Positions 1-12,229 of a DNA stretch of 64,000 bases are shown in pieces (within the stretch, counting starts at the first letter, position 1; every line of letters begins with the position of its first letter). The stretch is taken from NCBI GenBank assembly GCA_964016885.1, contig OZ024740.1, forward strand, positions 78,554,001 through 78,618,000, read 5' to 3'. The DNA comes from Eledone cirrhosa (lineage: Eukaryota). The translations under genes and the position numbers were made by a program. The notes below the pieces were generated by a model, which saw only the letters and a program-made list of their open reading frames with translations, made no database searches and was not told the origin of the DNA.

Positions 1-29
1 GACGACGACCCATCCTATTTATCTTATAA

Positions 30-472
30 CATATGGGATTTCTAGTAATGTACTTTTTTTGGTGATATGTAATGTTTTTTAGTGTCTAAAGAAAATTAAT
101 TGTCGCAGGAATGCTGCTAGTTAAATTAAAATTTAGTCCGAGATAGATTAGCAAAATTTAATTGTTTCTACCTTTGGCACAAGGCCAGCAATTACCCAGT
201 ACATTACTGGTACTTTATTTATCGACCTCGTAAGGATGAAAGGCAAAGTTAACCTTGGCGGGATTTGAACTCATAATGGAAAGGGCCGTAACTCTGTGCT
301 ACAAAGAATAGAGTCCAACCCTCTACCGATACTGCCAATCCACCACTATTAGAATAGCAACATTTAATAAGCGGGTGTAGGGTTAGATGAGTTTGGAATA
401 AGAGGGGGGGGGGGGGGGGGTACCTGAAAATTTGATCAGCTGGGTGTGGGAATTATTCGCGACTCAAGAGTA
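30..472. mobile_element. Partial MITE-like non-autonomous DNA element (TACTCT-terminus family) interrupted by a SINE
   Basis: Homologous to 10470-10657 and 2644-2850 (ATATGGGATTTCT..., GATAGATTAGCAAAA...TAATAAGCGG, terminus ATTATTC..GAC....AGAGTA). Confidence 0.55.
159..346 (-). mobile_element. tRNA-derived SINE, family A (GCCTTTCATCCTT.CGGGGTCGATAAA core, (AAT)n tail)
   Basis: Reverse complement of the full copy at 5764-5985. It has A-box-like TGGCAGTATCGG, B-box GAGTTCAAATCCC and a Nin/Deu-like central core. Confidence 0.85.
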
Positions 473-509
473 TATTCTTCTAATCATTCGTTTCAGTTAT
501 ATGACCATG

Positions 510-880
510 CTTTGTGTGTTTTTGTGTGTATGTGTGTACGTCTGTGAGTTCGCGTGTGAATGTGTGTGTTTGCGTGTGTGCGCGCGTGTCTGTGCACATG
601 CTTGTGTGCGCGCGCGCGCGCATGCGTGTCTGTGTACATGCTTGTGTGTGTGTGTGTACGTGTGTGTGTACGTGTGTGTGTGTGTGTATACGTGTGTACG
701 TGTGTGTGTTTGTATGTGCGCGCGTGTATGAATGTATGTGTGTGTGTATATACATGCGCGCGTGTGTGTATGTGTGTGCATGCGCGCGTGTGTATGTGCG
801 CGCGCGTGTGTGTGTGTGTGTCTGCGCGTGCGTGTGTATGTGCGTACGTGTGTGTGAATGCGTGTGTGTGTGTATGTGTT
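510..880. repeat. (GT)n/(GC)n compound microsatellite
   Basis: Directly visible. It explains the CV/HT-rich ORFs. Confidence 0.95.
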
Positions 881-944
881 TACATTTATTGTAAAGTCCC
901 ATGACTTAATATTTCGATAAAAGAAGATCGATAAATGAGTAGTA

Positions 945-1257
945 GAGCTCCAGCCGCAACCTGGTGCAGTCTGCAACTAACCCAGGTCTGCTGCAGGTCG
1001 GGCTGAGGAGGCCAAACTCTCCAAATACCTGTCGCTCTCCGACAGGTTTGCGGTCGTACCCTTGGCAGTGGAGACTTCTGGTGTCCTCGGCCCTAAGGCT
1101 ACCTCCCTACTCACCACCATAGGCGCTGAGCTGGCCAGACGCAGGTGTGAGCCTCTCGAGTTTGAATGATTCTTCCAGCGTGTCTCCCTTGCCGTCCTCC
1201 GGGGAGACGCCTTCTCCATTCTGTCCGCCAGGACTGTGGGGAGGCCATCAATATGAT
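945..1257 (+). mobile_element. 3' fragment of a CRE-type non-LTR retrotransposon (restriction-like endonuclease C-terminus), decayed
   Basis: + strand reads KYLSLSDRFAVVPLAVETSGVLGPKATSLL...FE*FFQRVSLAVLRGDAFSIL. This matches the KY..L...F.P.AVET.G..G...QR.S.A..RGNA pattern, with an in-frame stop. Confidence 0.75.
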
Positions 1258-1582
1258 TGACTGACTTGTCATTTTATCATGTACTGCCTCTGTCTATGTC
1301 CCTAAATCTCCCGTCACTTTCATCTTTCCTCAACACATGGCAGAGTTGATTTATCAACTAAGTCCTTTCAAGGTGATGTTCCAGCATGGCCGTAGTCTAA
1401 TGATTGGAACAAATAAAAGAATGAAATAATATAAGTATATATTCCTATATCTATTCTATCGATCCATCAATCAATCTAGTGCATATATGTTTGTCATTTC
1501 AAGTGTTAAACTAATATATTTCTTCAATGTACTGTGTCGTTTGCTTTGTTATTTCTGTTTACTTTTTATACAAATATACACA

Positions 1583-1639
<57 letters not shown>

Positions 1640-1644
1640 TTAAT

Positions 1645-1735
1645 ACATACATATGTTCCACTGTCAATCAGCTCCTCGATGAACGATCTATTAATGATGG
1701 AACCTGACTCTGTAATCGGAAGTTCCTCAGATATG
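1645..1735 (-). ncRNA. Hammerhead-like motif with long stem II (family homologous to 60699-60787), degenerate
   Basis: Minus strand: CTGAGGA-ACT(~58 nt)AGT-GGAA-CATATG-TA. Stem I is poorly paired. Confidence 0.5.
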
Positions 1736-1832
1736 TTTTAACATGAATACTATTGATATTCTGCTCCCCAAGAGCGTTGAGTGCTCATCCGGCAGACCGC
1801 CTACGGACGCAATTAACTTGCACCTTAACACC

Positions 1833-2035
<203 letters not shown>

Positions 2036-2843
2036 TGTGGTGCTGAGACAGGGGGGCACAAATCATGGGAGTACTCAATGCATGAGCCAATCCTCTGCGA
2101 AACGCACGTAACAGGTCGATACACAATAAATATATTTTACATGTAAACGAAACTTCCTCGTTTTTTTTCTATTATACAGACTCTGCCTGTGCACAGAGCG
2201 GTTGGTTTGGTACCATATATATATAGTGTAGGTGGTTCAGTGAATTACTGGTGTTGGTACCAAACCAAACACTTTATGCACAGGCAGAGTTTGTATATTA
2301 GAAAAAACGAGTTCTACCGCCACTTTATATATATAAATAAATAAAAATTATGCTCTGTGCCCTTTCCTTAGGGGTTAATATATCGAGCTTATTCGCATTT
2401 GGTAAGAAACTAGCATTATACCCAATTTATTCATCTATATATATATGTATATACATTCATTTATTATGGCTATTGGTGAGCTTCGTTACTCTAAAATTTC
2501 ACCTGCACACTCACAGATCACCAGTCTTGCCTGGTGAGTACGCAGGTGAGACTCCAGAGTAACAAGGCTTAGCCATAATGAATGAATATTTAAACTCTAT
2601 TTCAGTATTCAGTTTTCATTCTTACGTCCGTCAATAATTCATGTACTCTTAGTTCTTGAATAATCATCCCCACCCATCTTATTAATTTGTCAGATTCCCC
2701 CACACCTGGCTTTTATTCAACCTCCACCCCCACCACCAGCCGGTTTTTATTCAACCCCCACCCTCTTATTAAACTTTGCTAATCTATCTCCGACGAAATT
2801 TTGTTGTAAGTGATTCATATTGATACAGCAGCTGGAGAATCTA

Positions 2844-3033
2844 ATAATTGTTTCTATTTTTAGGCACAAAGCCAGCAATTATCCAGTACATTACTGGTAC
2901 TTTATTTTATCGACCCCATAAGGATGAAAGGCAAAGTTAACCTCGGCGGGATTTGAACTCAGATCATAAAGGGACGTAACTCTATGCTTCAAAGCATGGT
3001 GTCCGACTCTCTACCGATACTGCCAATCCACCG
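2844..3033 (-). mobile_element. SINE family A with target-site duplication, inserted in a TACTCT-family MITE
   Basis: Full SINE. GGAGAATCTAATAAT is repeated on both sides (~2834-2848 and ~3038-3052). Confidence 0.85.
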
Positions 3034-3066
3034 TGAGGGAGAATCTAATAATAATTTCATTTTACA

Positions 3067-3258
3067 TTAAAAAAAAACATTATATATTATTACACCCACC
3101 TCCCTTTTTCCGATTACTGAATGCTGAAGCTGGCGCATTACTGCACCAGCTCCCGCAATTCTTGCACTTAATTCCGCCTCCTGCCTTCTATCACTCGTGA
3201 ACATGGTCCCGAGATACTTGAACTTCTCTACCTGCCTCAGTGGAACTTCCTTCACATG
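3067..3258 (-). mobile_element. RTE-type LINE reverse transcriptase fragment (thumb region)
   Basis: VPLRQVEKFKYLGTMFTSDRRQEAELSARIAGA is the FKYLG motif and following helix of LINE RTs. Confidence 0.75.
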
Positions 3259-3616
3259 TATCGTAGAAAATTACAATCAATCGAGACTATTTTTGCAAAT
3301 TCAGAACCGAAACTCCTTTTAAGGGTGTTCGGCAATGACAGCCAGCAACAGTGATGGCTGTTTTGTGCCTATTCTGACAATGTGGCAGTGGACTTTGTTT
3401 AAAAGAGAAGTTGGTCAAAGCAACGGATGTATTTCGATCTTATTAGATTTACTCGGCGAAGCATATTCATTTTAGTTAGTTAGTTAGTCTGACAAGAATG
3501 CTCTAATAAAGATATAGACGAAGAGAACGAAATACTGCGCTGTTTATGTATGTCAACTATAGTAGAACGAAAGAAACACGAGTGGATATATCTGCGTTAG
3601 CCCGATCAACACTTAA

Positions 3617-3823
3617 CCCTTTAATGTTCAAACCGGACAAAACCGGCCAGAATTCACTACCTCTTTCTGTTGAAACTGGCTGTAACTGGTCGCTCAGACT
3701 GATGTTAAGGTATTGTTCTCAAAATAAATACTTTCAAAATCTCATATATTCGATATTATGTGAGGTAAAGCCTCTACCGTGAAAATATAATAGTACATAT
3801 ACAGTAATGTGAATGCTAAAGGG
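3617..3823. mobile_element. piggyBac-like MITE (TTAA TSD, CCCTTTA termini)
   Basis: TTAA-CCCTTTA...TAAAGGG-TTAA. Homologous copies at 22830-~23010, 27523-27741 and 60951-61160. Confidence 0.75.
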
Positions 3824-4010
3824 TTAATGATACACGAAATGAGTTCGTTGTCTCAGTGTGGCAATTAAAAATCGATTTTGAATGGACTGTGAATAGGAGA
3901 CATGTATCTATGTATATATAAGAGAGAATGAGAGGTTAAAAATGTATATTAAACCTTATATATATATTGTAGCACCTGTAATGCAGTCATCTGCGGAAAG
4001 GGTTAATGAC

Positions 4011-4177
4011 ATAATTGTTTCTACTTTAGGCACAAGGCCAGCAATTACCCACTTTATTTTATCGACCCCGTAAGGATGAAAGGCAAAGTTAACCTCGGCG
4101 GGAATTGAACTTAGATCGTAAAGGGACGTAACTATGCTGGAAAGCATAATCCAACCCTCTACCGATACTGCCAATTC
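4011..4177 (-). mobile_element. SINE family A
   Basis: Homology to 5764-5985, with an internal deletion. Confidence 0.8.
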
Positions 4178-4536
4178 ACATAATGAAAGTGGATTCTACC
4201 AAGACTTGAGCAATCAATGTCGGTTAACTGAACAATATCAATGACAATAACGTGTAGAGTTCGACCAGAAAATAACAACAAATCCCCCACCCCTAAAATA
4301 CATATAACCTGGACCGTTCACTGCTTCTATTGCATCAGGTTTTACATGCGATTAAAATGCACCTATACAACAATTGCTGAAGCAAATGAAATTTGTGCTA
4401 AATCGTCAGCAGGTCCCAGGAGTTGCACTTTCTGATCCAACTAGTGTGGGTATCAACTTCTACTAAATTGCTTTAGCAGTTGATCATAAGCCGTCTAGTA
4501 TCTAGCTTTTAATACATAATTCAGCTCATTAAGTGA

Positions 4537-4652
4537 AAGCGCGTGGCTGAGTGGTTAAAGAATTGGATTCGCAATCGTGAGGTTATGAACTCGATTCCCG
4601 GACCGGGCGATGCTTTATGTCCTTGAGCAAAATACTTTATTTCACATTGCTC
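4537..4652 (+). mobile_element. 5' part of SINE family B (tRNA head + GTCCTTGAGCAAGACACTT core)
   Basis: GTGGCTGAGTGGTTAAAG...GAACTCGATTCCCGG head. Homologous to 33471-33845. Confidence 0.7.
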
Positions 4653-4842
4653 CTTCTGCCTGGATTTGTGACCGGTAGATAGTATGAGCAATTGGAAAGA
4701 CCAACGGAAACATTGTTAAGCGAATAAGGTCAGCTCATTTGAAGAAATAAAAAAGTTAATTCAAACTTCAACACTCAATTCATTTCGAAAGGAGTTTAAG
4801 ATTAAGAATGCAAAAATGTATAATATATATCCAACTATCTCA

Positions 4843-4887
<45 letters not shown>

Positions 4888-4949
4888 CTCTCTCTGTTTC
4901 CCTCCTCTCTCTCTCTCTCTGATGCACACGCACACACCATACCCCCCCC

Positions 4950-5014
<65 letters not shown>

Positions 5015-5022
5015 CATATATC

Positions 5023-5080
5023 GGGAAGGATCGTTCTAACGAGAACAAGTTGAGTTCGAAATGCATCGACGATTGTCCCC
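5023..5080 (+). ncRNA. Minimal type-I hammerhead ribozyme motif with G5A core substitution
   Basis: ATCGTT-CTAACGA-GAAC aagttga GTTC-GAAA-TGCA-TC-GACGAT. Stems I and II pair, stem III is palindromic and the cleavage triplet is AUC. It lies between (TA)n and (CA)n/(TA)n tracts. Confidence 0.7.
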
Positions 5081-5183
5081 CTTGCTTCTGCCGAACACCG
5101 CTTGGTGGCATTGGCTGCCAATGTTATTCACAGCTATGTTTATTTATAAACATACCGTATTTCTTTAGACATACGAAATCCAA

Positions 5184-5336
<153 letters not shown>

Positions 5337-5763
5337 ACTAAACAAAATGAAAGACATACATACACACAGAGATAGTTTCACTCAACCATATTGATATTTA
5401 TTATAATCAGCCGAGAACTGAGTGAAATATACTTCGCTGAGAAGGTTTACAGCGGAAATATGTCAGTTGCTTCCACCAGTTGGCTTTAAAAACCAAATCC
5501 TTTCCCACCTGCATTGTTCTTGTCTAAAATTTATTTGGATTATCTCCCTTTATTGTTATTTTAGGCTTTAAGAACCGTTAGAAGGATTTTTTTGTCTACT
5601 ATCGCAGGGATAATCTCAGTGAACGAAGCTTTTCAACACATTATGTTACATATGTGAGAGCCTGCTGTATTTGTATTTAGGATGTAGAAGGCTCCCTTGA
5701 CATATTTAGGATGTAGAAGGCTCCCCTGACATATTTTTCTTCTACTGTTGATAAGTAGATTGA

Positions 5764-5985
5764 GGGCGGTGGATTGGCAGTATCGGTAGAGAGTCGGACG
5801 CCATGCTTTGACGCATAGAGTTACGGCCCTTTATGATCTGAGTTCAAATCCCGCCGAGGTTAACTTTGCCTTTCATCCTCACGTGGTCGATAAAATAAAG
5901 TACCAGTCACGCACTGGAGTCGATTTAATCGACTTTCCCCTCCCCCAAAATCACTGGCCTTGTGCCTATATAAGAAACCAATATT
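5764..5985 (+). mobile_element. Full-length SINE family A with TSD
   Basis: Pol III A/B-box-like head and Nin/Deu-like core. TGTTGATAAGTAGAT is duplicated at 5746-5760 and 5986-6000. Confidence 0.9.
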
Positions 5986-6258
5986 GTTGATAAGTAGATA
6001 GATAGATACACATAGAGACAGCAAACTGATAAACAGACAGCCAGGCACACAGGCTAACTGACATGACCTACATGAATGTATTCATGTAAATTTCTACATC
6101 TGTGTGTATAATAAAGTTCATGTGTACACTCTAGTGTTTTTCTACACCTGCATGAAAGTATATATTTATATATACATATTTTCCTTTACATACATGGTTA
6201 TACAGCAAAGAAACAACACAAGATAATTAGTGAGTGTTTATCTAGTGCAAAATATGTT

Positions 6259-6329
<71 letters not shown>

Positions 6330-6431
6330 TATATATATAAATATATCATATATATATATATCTGTATCTATATCTATATATAGATATATATATGTATGTA
6401 TGTCCATATACACGCACATATATATATATAT

Positions 6432-6467
<36 letters not shown>

Positions 6468-6491
6468 TTCGTTTAACGTCCATTTTCCACG

Positions 6492-6533
<42 letters not shown>

Positions 6534-6570
6534 CGTGGAAAATGGACGTTAAACGAAGATGATGATGATG

Positions 6571-6612
<42 letters not shown>

Positions 6613-6919
6613 ACATACATATATATCTATCTATATATATAGATATAGATATATGATATATGTATGTGTGTGTGTGTATGTGTGTGTCTGTCTGTGTGTA
6701 TGTGGGTATGTATGTGTGTATGTATGCCTGTGTGTATGTAAGTACGTGTTTTTGAGAGTGTTTATATTTGTATTTCTGAGAAGAATTGGAAGAATTGAAG
6801 TCATAGTAATTTGCCACACTCCTATCAAATATTTATTTTCATACTTATGTATGTATGAATGTATGTAGGTATGTGTATGTATGTATGTATGCATTATGAT
6901 GTATGTATGTAGGCTTTGT

Positions 6920-8709
6920 GTAATTGTTCTCATTCTTCTATCAAGCTTCACAGGGAGCCCACGGTATATGCATGAGCGTACCCAAGATTCACTTACATAT
7001 GTCTGACAATACGGTCGTCCAGACCTCTTCATTGCATTCACATGTAACCCAACATGGCATGAAATAAAGAGTGAACTTTATCATCATCAAGAACCCAAAG
7101 ATCACCATGATATTATAGCTAGGGTGTTCAGACTTAAAGTCATAAAGCTGATGGATCTCATAAAAAAGGCGAAATCTTTGGACCAGTCTAATGTCACATG
7201 TACATAATTGAATAGGAAACCCACGTTTTGACTTGGTTGTATAATATCCTTTGCTGCATGAAATTGTCAAGTCACAGATGATTCATGGACCATGTGGTTC
7301 AATTATTCCATCCTTCCCATGCATGGGGGATTATAAGTGTACCAACAACTACCCACGTCCCCATATACAAGAAACCCAAACTAGAAAAGATGGCTACCCA
7401 CTTTACAGAAGAAAACCTGGGCGTGGTGGATTCACTTAGAAACAAAAATGAGAAATTGGCAAGAATTCATCATTGACAATCGGTGGGTTGTACCCTACTG
7501 TCCTCTTCTTACGAAAACTTTCAAAGCGCATATCAATGTTAAATTCTGCAACTCTGTTAAGTCCATTAAGTATGTTTGCGAATATGTAAACAAAGGTTTC
7601 TTATGCAGAATGGCAGTCAGCAGATAAACAAAAATGACGAAGTTGCACAGTATGAGAGAGGAAGATACATCAGTAGCAATGAGGCTTTTTGGCGTATCTT
7701 CAATTTTCCCATTCATAAGAGGCACCCAGCCGTCATTAAACTGATACTTTTACATGAAGTACGTTGTCCCAAATCATTCCAAGATTTGAGTTAGTGAATG
7801 GTCATGTGTGTGAAACTTATAAGGAAGCGTGCTATCAACAAGGTGTTTTAGAAACTGATGATCATTGGGACCTTGCATTGACTGAAGCATCAGTGTCAGA
7901 TTCTCCAAGGAAACTCCATAACCTGTTTGCAATTATGTTGAACATGTATGAAATTGACAGTCTCTTACAGCTTTGGATGAAACATTAAGAGGAAATGACT
8001 GAGGACTTAAAGTATGCAGTTCAACAGGCAAACTCATGTATCAATATTCAGTTCTGTAAAGAAATTTTTAATCAAGCACTGATTGAAATTGAGGATCAAT
8101 TTTGGTGATGGGAGGCAAGAACAAACCGTCAAATTAGTGGTTTAACTTCAAGAGAGATTGCAAGAGAGAAATTATGACATCACAAAGTTGGCTGCATTTG
8201 TGAATGAACATGAGCCTAAGCGACTTGGTTTGAAAAATTCTAATCAAACCAACAGACATGCCATTTGAGTTCAAATGAACATAATTCCAGAGTAATTTTG
8301 CTTCGCAATGTCTATCAATAAAACTGAAGGTCTAACTTTGAATTCTACTGGCTTGCATTAAGTTAGCCTGCTTTTCTCGTGGTCAACTCTACGTTGGTTG
8401 CTCCAGGGTGGGTAGTTTACAAGACTTATTTGTGCAAGCTCCAAACCAGGAAACAAAGAATAAGGTATACCTAGAAGCTCTTATTAATTTCCTTAAACAT
8501 CTGATAGAATTTATCTTCCCTCATTAAAGAGATAAATTTTGTATTTTCATTTTTTATTATTATCAATTAAGAATTGATTTCATCATGTACCTCAGTTAAA
8601 GAATAAATGGAATTTAGAGCAATAATTTTCTATACAACATGTTTTGCTTACTTCTTCTAATATATAAGGAACACTTTCATTCCCGGGCAACGCTGGGTGC
8701 GTCTGCTAG
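6920..8709 (+). mobile_element. Decayed, internally deleted Helitron (RepHel pseudogene plus 3' terminus)
   Basis: Rep motifs SFTGSPRYMHE..YGRPDLFIAFTCNP, MIHGPCG, DNRWVVPY, AHINV, RYISSNEAFWRIF. PIF1-helicase C-terminal motifs FAMSINK and GQLYVGCSRV. 3' hairpin CCCGGGCAACGCTGGG (8682-8697) then CTAG-T (8706-8710). Many stops and frameshifts. Confidence 0.9.
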
Positions 8710-8840
8710 TATATATATATACATATAAAGAGAGAGAGAGATAGAGATTGGTATAGATATACATGTATATGTGTGTGTGTATGTGTGTACATGTGTGTAT
8801 ACATACACACACACATATATATACAAATATATATATATGC

Positions 8841-8916
<76 letters not shown>

Positions 8917-8970
8917 CACACACACATATAGCTCCTACACAAACAGACAGACAGACAGACAGACAGATAG
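8710..8970. repeat. (TA)n/(CA)n/(GACA)n microsatellite block
   Basis: Directly visible. Confidence 0.9.
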
Positions 8971-10179
8971 AGACCGAATTACAGCACACGAGAGTGAATG
9001 ACAGACAGCAGGTGGATGAAGGAATGCTGATGTAATAATACTGGGGTACTGAGTATAAACATGTGATGATCACCCCTATACCCTTCGCTGTATTGTACCC
9101 TTCAAAATCTCTGTCTAACTTGATTGTTCAATAGCAACACAGCTCCCCACCCCTACTCTCCACACACCCGCACACTTGCTTCTAACACAGCTCTTTTCTG
9201 GAGTTTGCTCAGATTTGTGGAAGCAGGAAGGCCGAGTGGTTAGGAGATTCGCTTTGAAGTCATTGGGTGGCGTGTTTGGTCCCACTGCGTGGCTTCTTGG
9301 TCAAATATGGATCCATGTCGTACGCGTGAAATTGGTGGATGGAAACTGTTTAGAAGCTTATCGAATAGACTGTCCCTACAAGTGGAATGGTCAATATTGT
9401 TCTACACCGTGTCACTCTGGGAACTATGTTAAGTATATATATGCATGTGGAATGTTGAGCCTCTTATATGTTAACTTTATGTGTATGTTGTTCCATTGAT
9501 CGAACAACCAGAATACTCATCGTCGAAACGGACGGAGGTCCATCTATGCTCAGATGATCATGTTATTGCTGTCCTTGTTTTTGCTATTTACCTCCTTCCC
9601 AGTAAGTTTCCATAGAACAGACGTACCAGTGCAATCCTCGTGTCGATTCCTCTTCTATATTGCTGTCTCACTTCCATCCTCTCACTCTCTCTCTCTCTAT
9701 CCTTTTCTGGAAGAAATCTACCAAAGAGGAGATGGGCTCCACAAGTATTAAAAAAAATCCCTATAAACGCTGTATTTTAATAGGGCGCCCATACGACTCA
9801 CTCTGGAGTTACGGAACCTTGCATGCCATACATACATACATATCTTTGACAGCGTTGTCCTCTGTATTTTTCAATTTTTAGCATATTAAGTTGTAGCTTC
9901 CCCTTCACTCCAATAAAGCAAACATACATATAATCATAGAATGTTACAGCCATGGCCATCTCATCTTATATTTCTACAGATGGTATTTATGGTATTTATA
10001 TGACTATATTATCCAATCTGTTCTCCCATTCTTACCATGGCAAGCAGTATTTTGAAGCATATTCGGTTAAAATGATCTCGTTGTTGCTATTTAGCCGTAG
10101 CTGAGCTCTGATTTAACAAACACTTAAAAACGTTCTAACTGTGGCCATCCCAATTTCTTGTATGTGCAGGTAATGTATC

Positions 10180-10657
10180 TACTCTCGGGTCCCAAATAAT
10201 TGTTTCTACTTTTTAGGCACAAGGCCAGCAAATATCCAGTACATTACTGGTACTTTATTTTATCGACCCCGTAAGGATGAAAGGCAAAGTGAACCTCGGC
10301 GGGATTTGAACTCAGACCGTAAAGGGACGTAGCTATGCTGGAAATCATGGCGTCCGACTCTCTAGCAATACTGCCAATCCACCGGAAGGGGTTGGAAATT
10401 GGCTTAAATTCTTATAAGTGGAAGGGGGTTGGAATAAACTTAAGTGGTCGCTAATTGAATAGTGTACGTTCGTAAATATGGGATTTCTTGTAATATTATT
10501 TTTTGTCATAAATAATGTTTTTTTAATGTAAAACAAAATTATTATTAGATTCTCCAGCTACTGTATCGATATGAATTACTTACAATAAAATTTCGCCGCA
10601 GATAGATTAGCAAAAAAATTAATAAGCGGTGGGACGATTATTCAAGACCTTAGAGTA
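10180..10657. mobile_element. TACTCT-family MITE (imperfect 21-bp TIRs) containing a SINE A copy at 10196-10385 (-)
   Basis: Left end TACTCTCGGGTCCCAAATAAT versus reverse complement of the right end TACTCTAAGGTCTTGAATAAT (16/21). Confidence 0.65.
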
Positions 10658-11169
10658 TAAATACCAAGTATCCTTCCATTTTATGGACATTTGGCTATAA
10701 TTTAGAGAAAGTCGAGCAATCACATAGAGGCAATGTGATAGGGCAAGACAATGAGGAAGCTTCTTGACTTACTAGAAACAACAGCGAAATCTTCTCCAAA
10801 CCACAGCCTACTGTTGTTGTTTAGCCCAAGGCAAGGCAGTCCATTTGACAGAGTCATCAGAGCATCAGGTATTTCTTTCTTGTCTCTGCGTTCTGAGTTC
10901 AAATCCCACTAAGGTTCACTTTTCCTTTAATCCTTCTGAGGTCAATAAAGAATATTCCAGCCCAGTACTGGTGCAGCCCCCAGCAAAGGACTATCAGTGT
11001 ACAATGGAAGGACTAATTATCACCAACACCAGCTCTCCCTCAAATTAGATCCTAATATTGAGATATCATGGAATATGTGGTCTTGGGTGTCTTGCACATG
11101 GTCATGGCTGACTGAAATGTCTTTATAGATCTGCTCAATCAAGGCTAACCTGGGGCTAAATAATAATAA

Positions 11170-11545
11170 CAACACGAGCAGCACTGCCACCAACACCACA
11201 ACATCAACACTACCACCACCTTTCACCACCAGCACCACCTCCATCAACAGCTCCACATTGACAATATCACCACCACCACCACCATCTTCAACGCCATTAT
11301 ACCACCAACACCTCCACCCAACCACCACCACCACTACCACCACCTCAACCACCATCTCCACCATGATAACCACCACTACCACCACAAACACCACCACCTC
11401 CTTCACAATCTCCACCATCACAACCACTACTACCACCACTACCACAACCACTACAAACACCACCACCTCCTTCACCAGCCCCACCATGACAACCACTACA
11501 ACCACCACTACCCCAACCACCAAGAACACCACCTCCTCCACCATC
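11170..11545. repeat. Degenerate (CAC/ACC)n trinucleotide repeat
   Basis: Directly visible. It gives the poly-T/poly-V ORFs. Confidence 0.9.
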
Positions 11546-12229
11546 AAAGTGGGGTGTAGCCTGTAAGTGCTGTACAGTTCTGACCAGAATAAAGCAATTA
11601 TAGGTTATTTCATTTGAAATGTCTACTCTCCTCACTGACCCTCCACCTAACACATCAGCCTCGCCTCTCATCCTTCACCCTAATCTACCAGCTTCTTCTC
11701 CCACTATAATACCCCACCACTTCTTACCTTCCACCCTAAACCTCCAGACCCCTCTCCCTCCACATCATCCCCTCTCACCGTCCACCCTAACCACAAGTCC
11801 CTCACACCCTTCATCGAAACCTTCCAGCACCCTATTCATCCACAACATCCCACCCCATTTCATAATCCACCCTAACCCTCCAGACCCCCATCTCTCTATA
11901 ACATCCCCCTCCTACCCTCTACACTAACCCCCCGTCCCCCTCTCTCTATAATATCCCCTTCCCACCCTCTACGCTAAGCCCCCAGTCCTCCTATCTCAAC
12001 CTCCAGCCTATTCTTCCTCTACAACACCTCTCCACCCAGTCCTTAGCACTACTCCAGCATTAACCTCCACATCACACAATCTCTAGAGTCCCTTTCACCC
12101 CCCCCCCCGACCAGCTCCAGCATCCTCATCTACATCCCTACTTCTCCTCCAACTTCTCATCTATTCCACTTGAATTCATCCTTTCCACAGAACACTACCA
12201 CCATCACCCCACCACAAGTCCACCACTGC

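Noticed and set aside
432-976. CV/HT/YI-rich ORFs here and across the window
   Set aside because: They are translations of dinucleotide and tetranucleotide microsatellites.
4381-4412. TCGTCAG within a TGCTGA...TCAGCA hairpin
   Set aside because: No GAAA on the relevant strand.
5676-5735. 29-bp tandem duplication
   Set aside because: Ordinary local duplication.
9791-9807. ATACGACTCACT similarity to the T7 promoter
   Set aside because: It is a 12-nt partial match with no vector context, compatible with chance.
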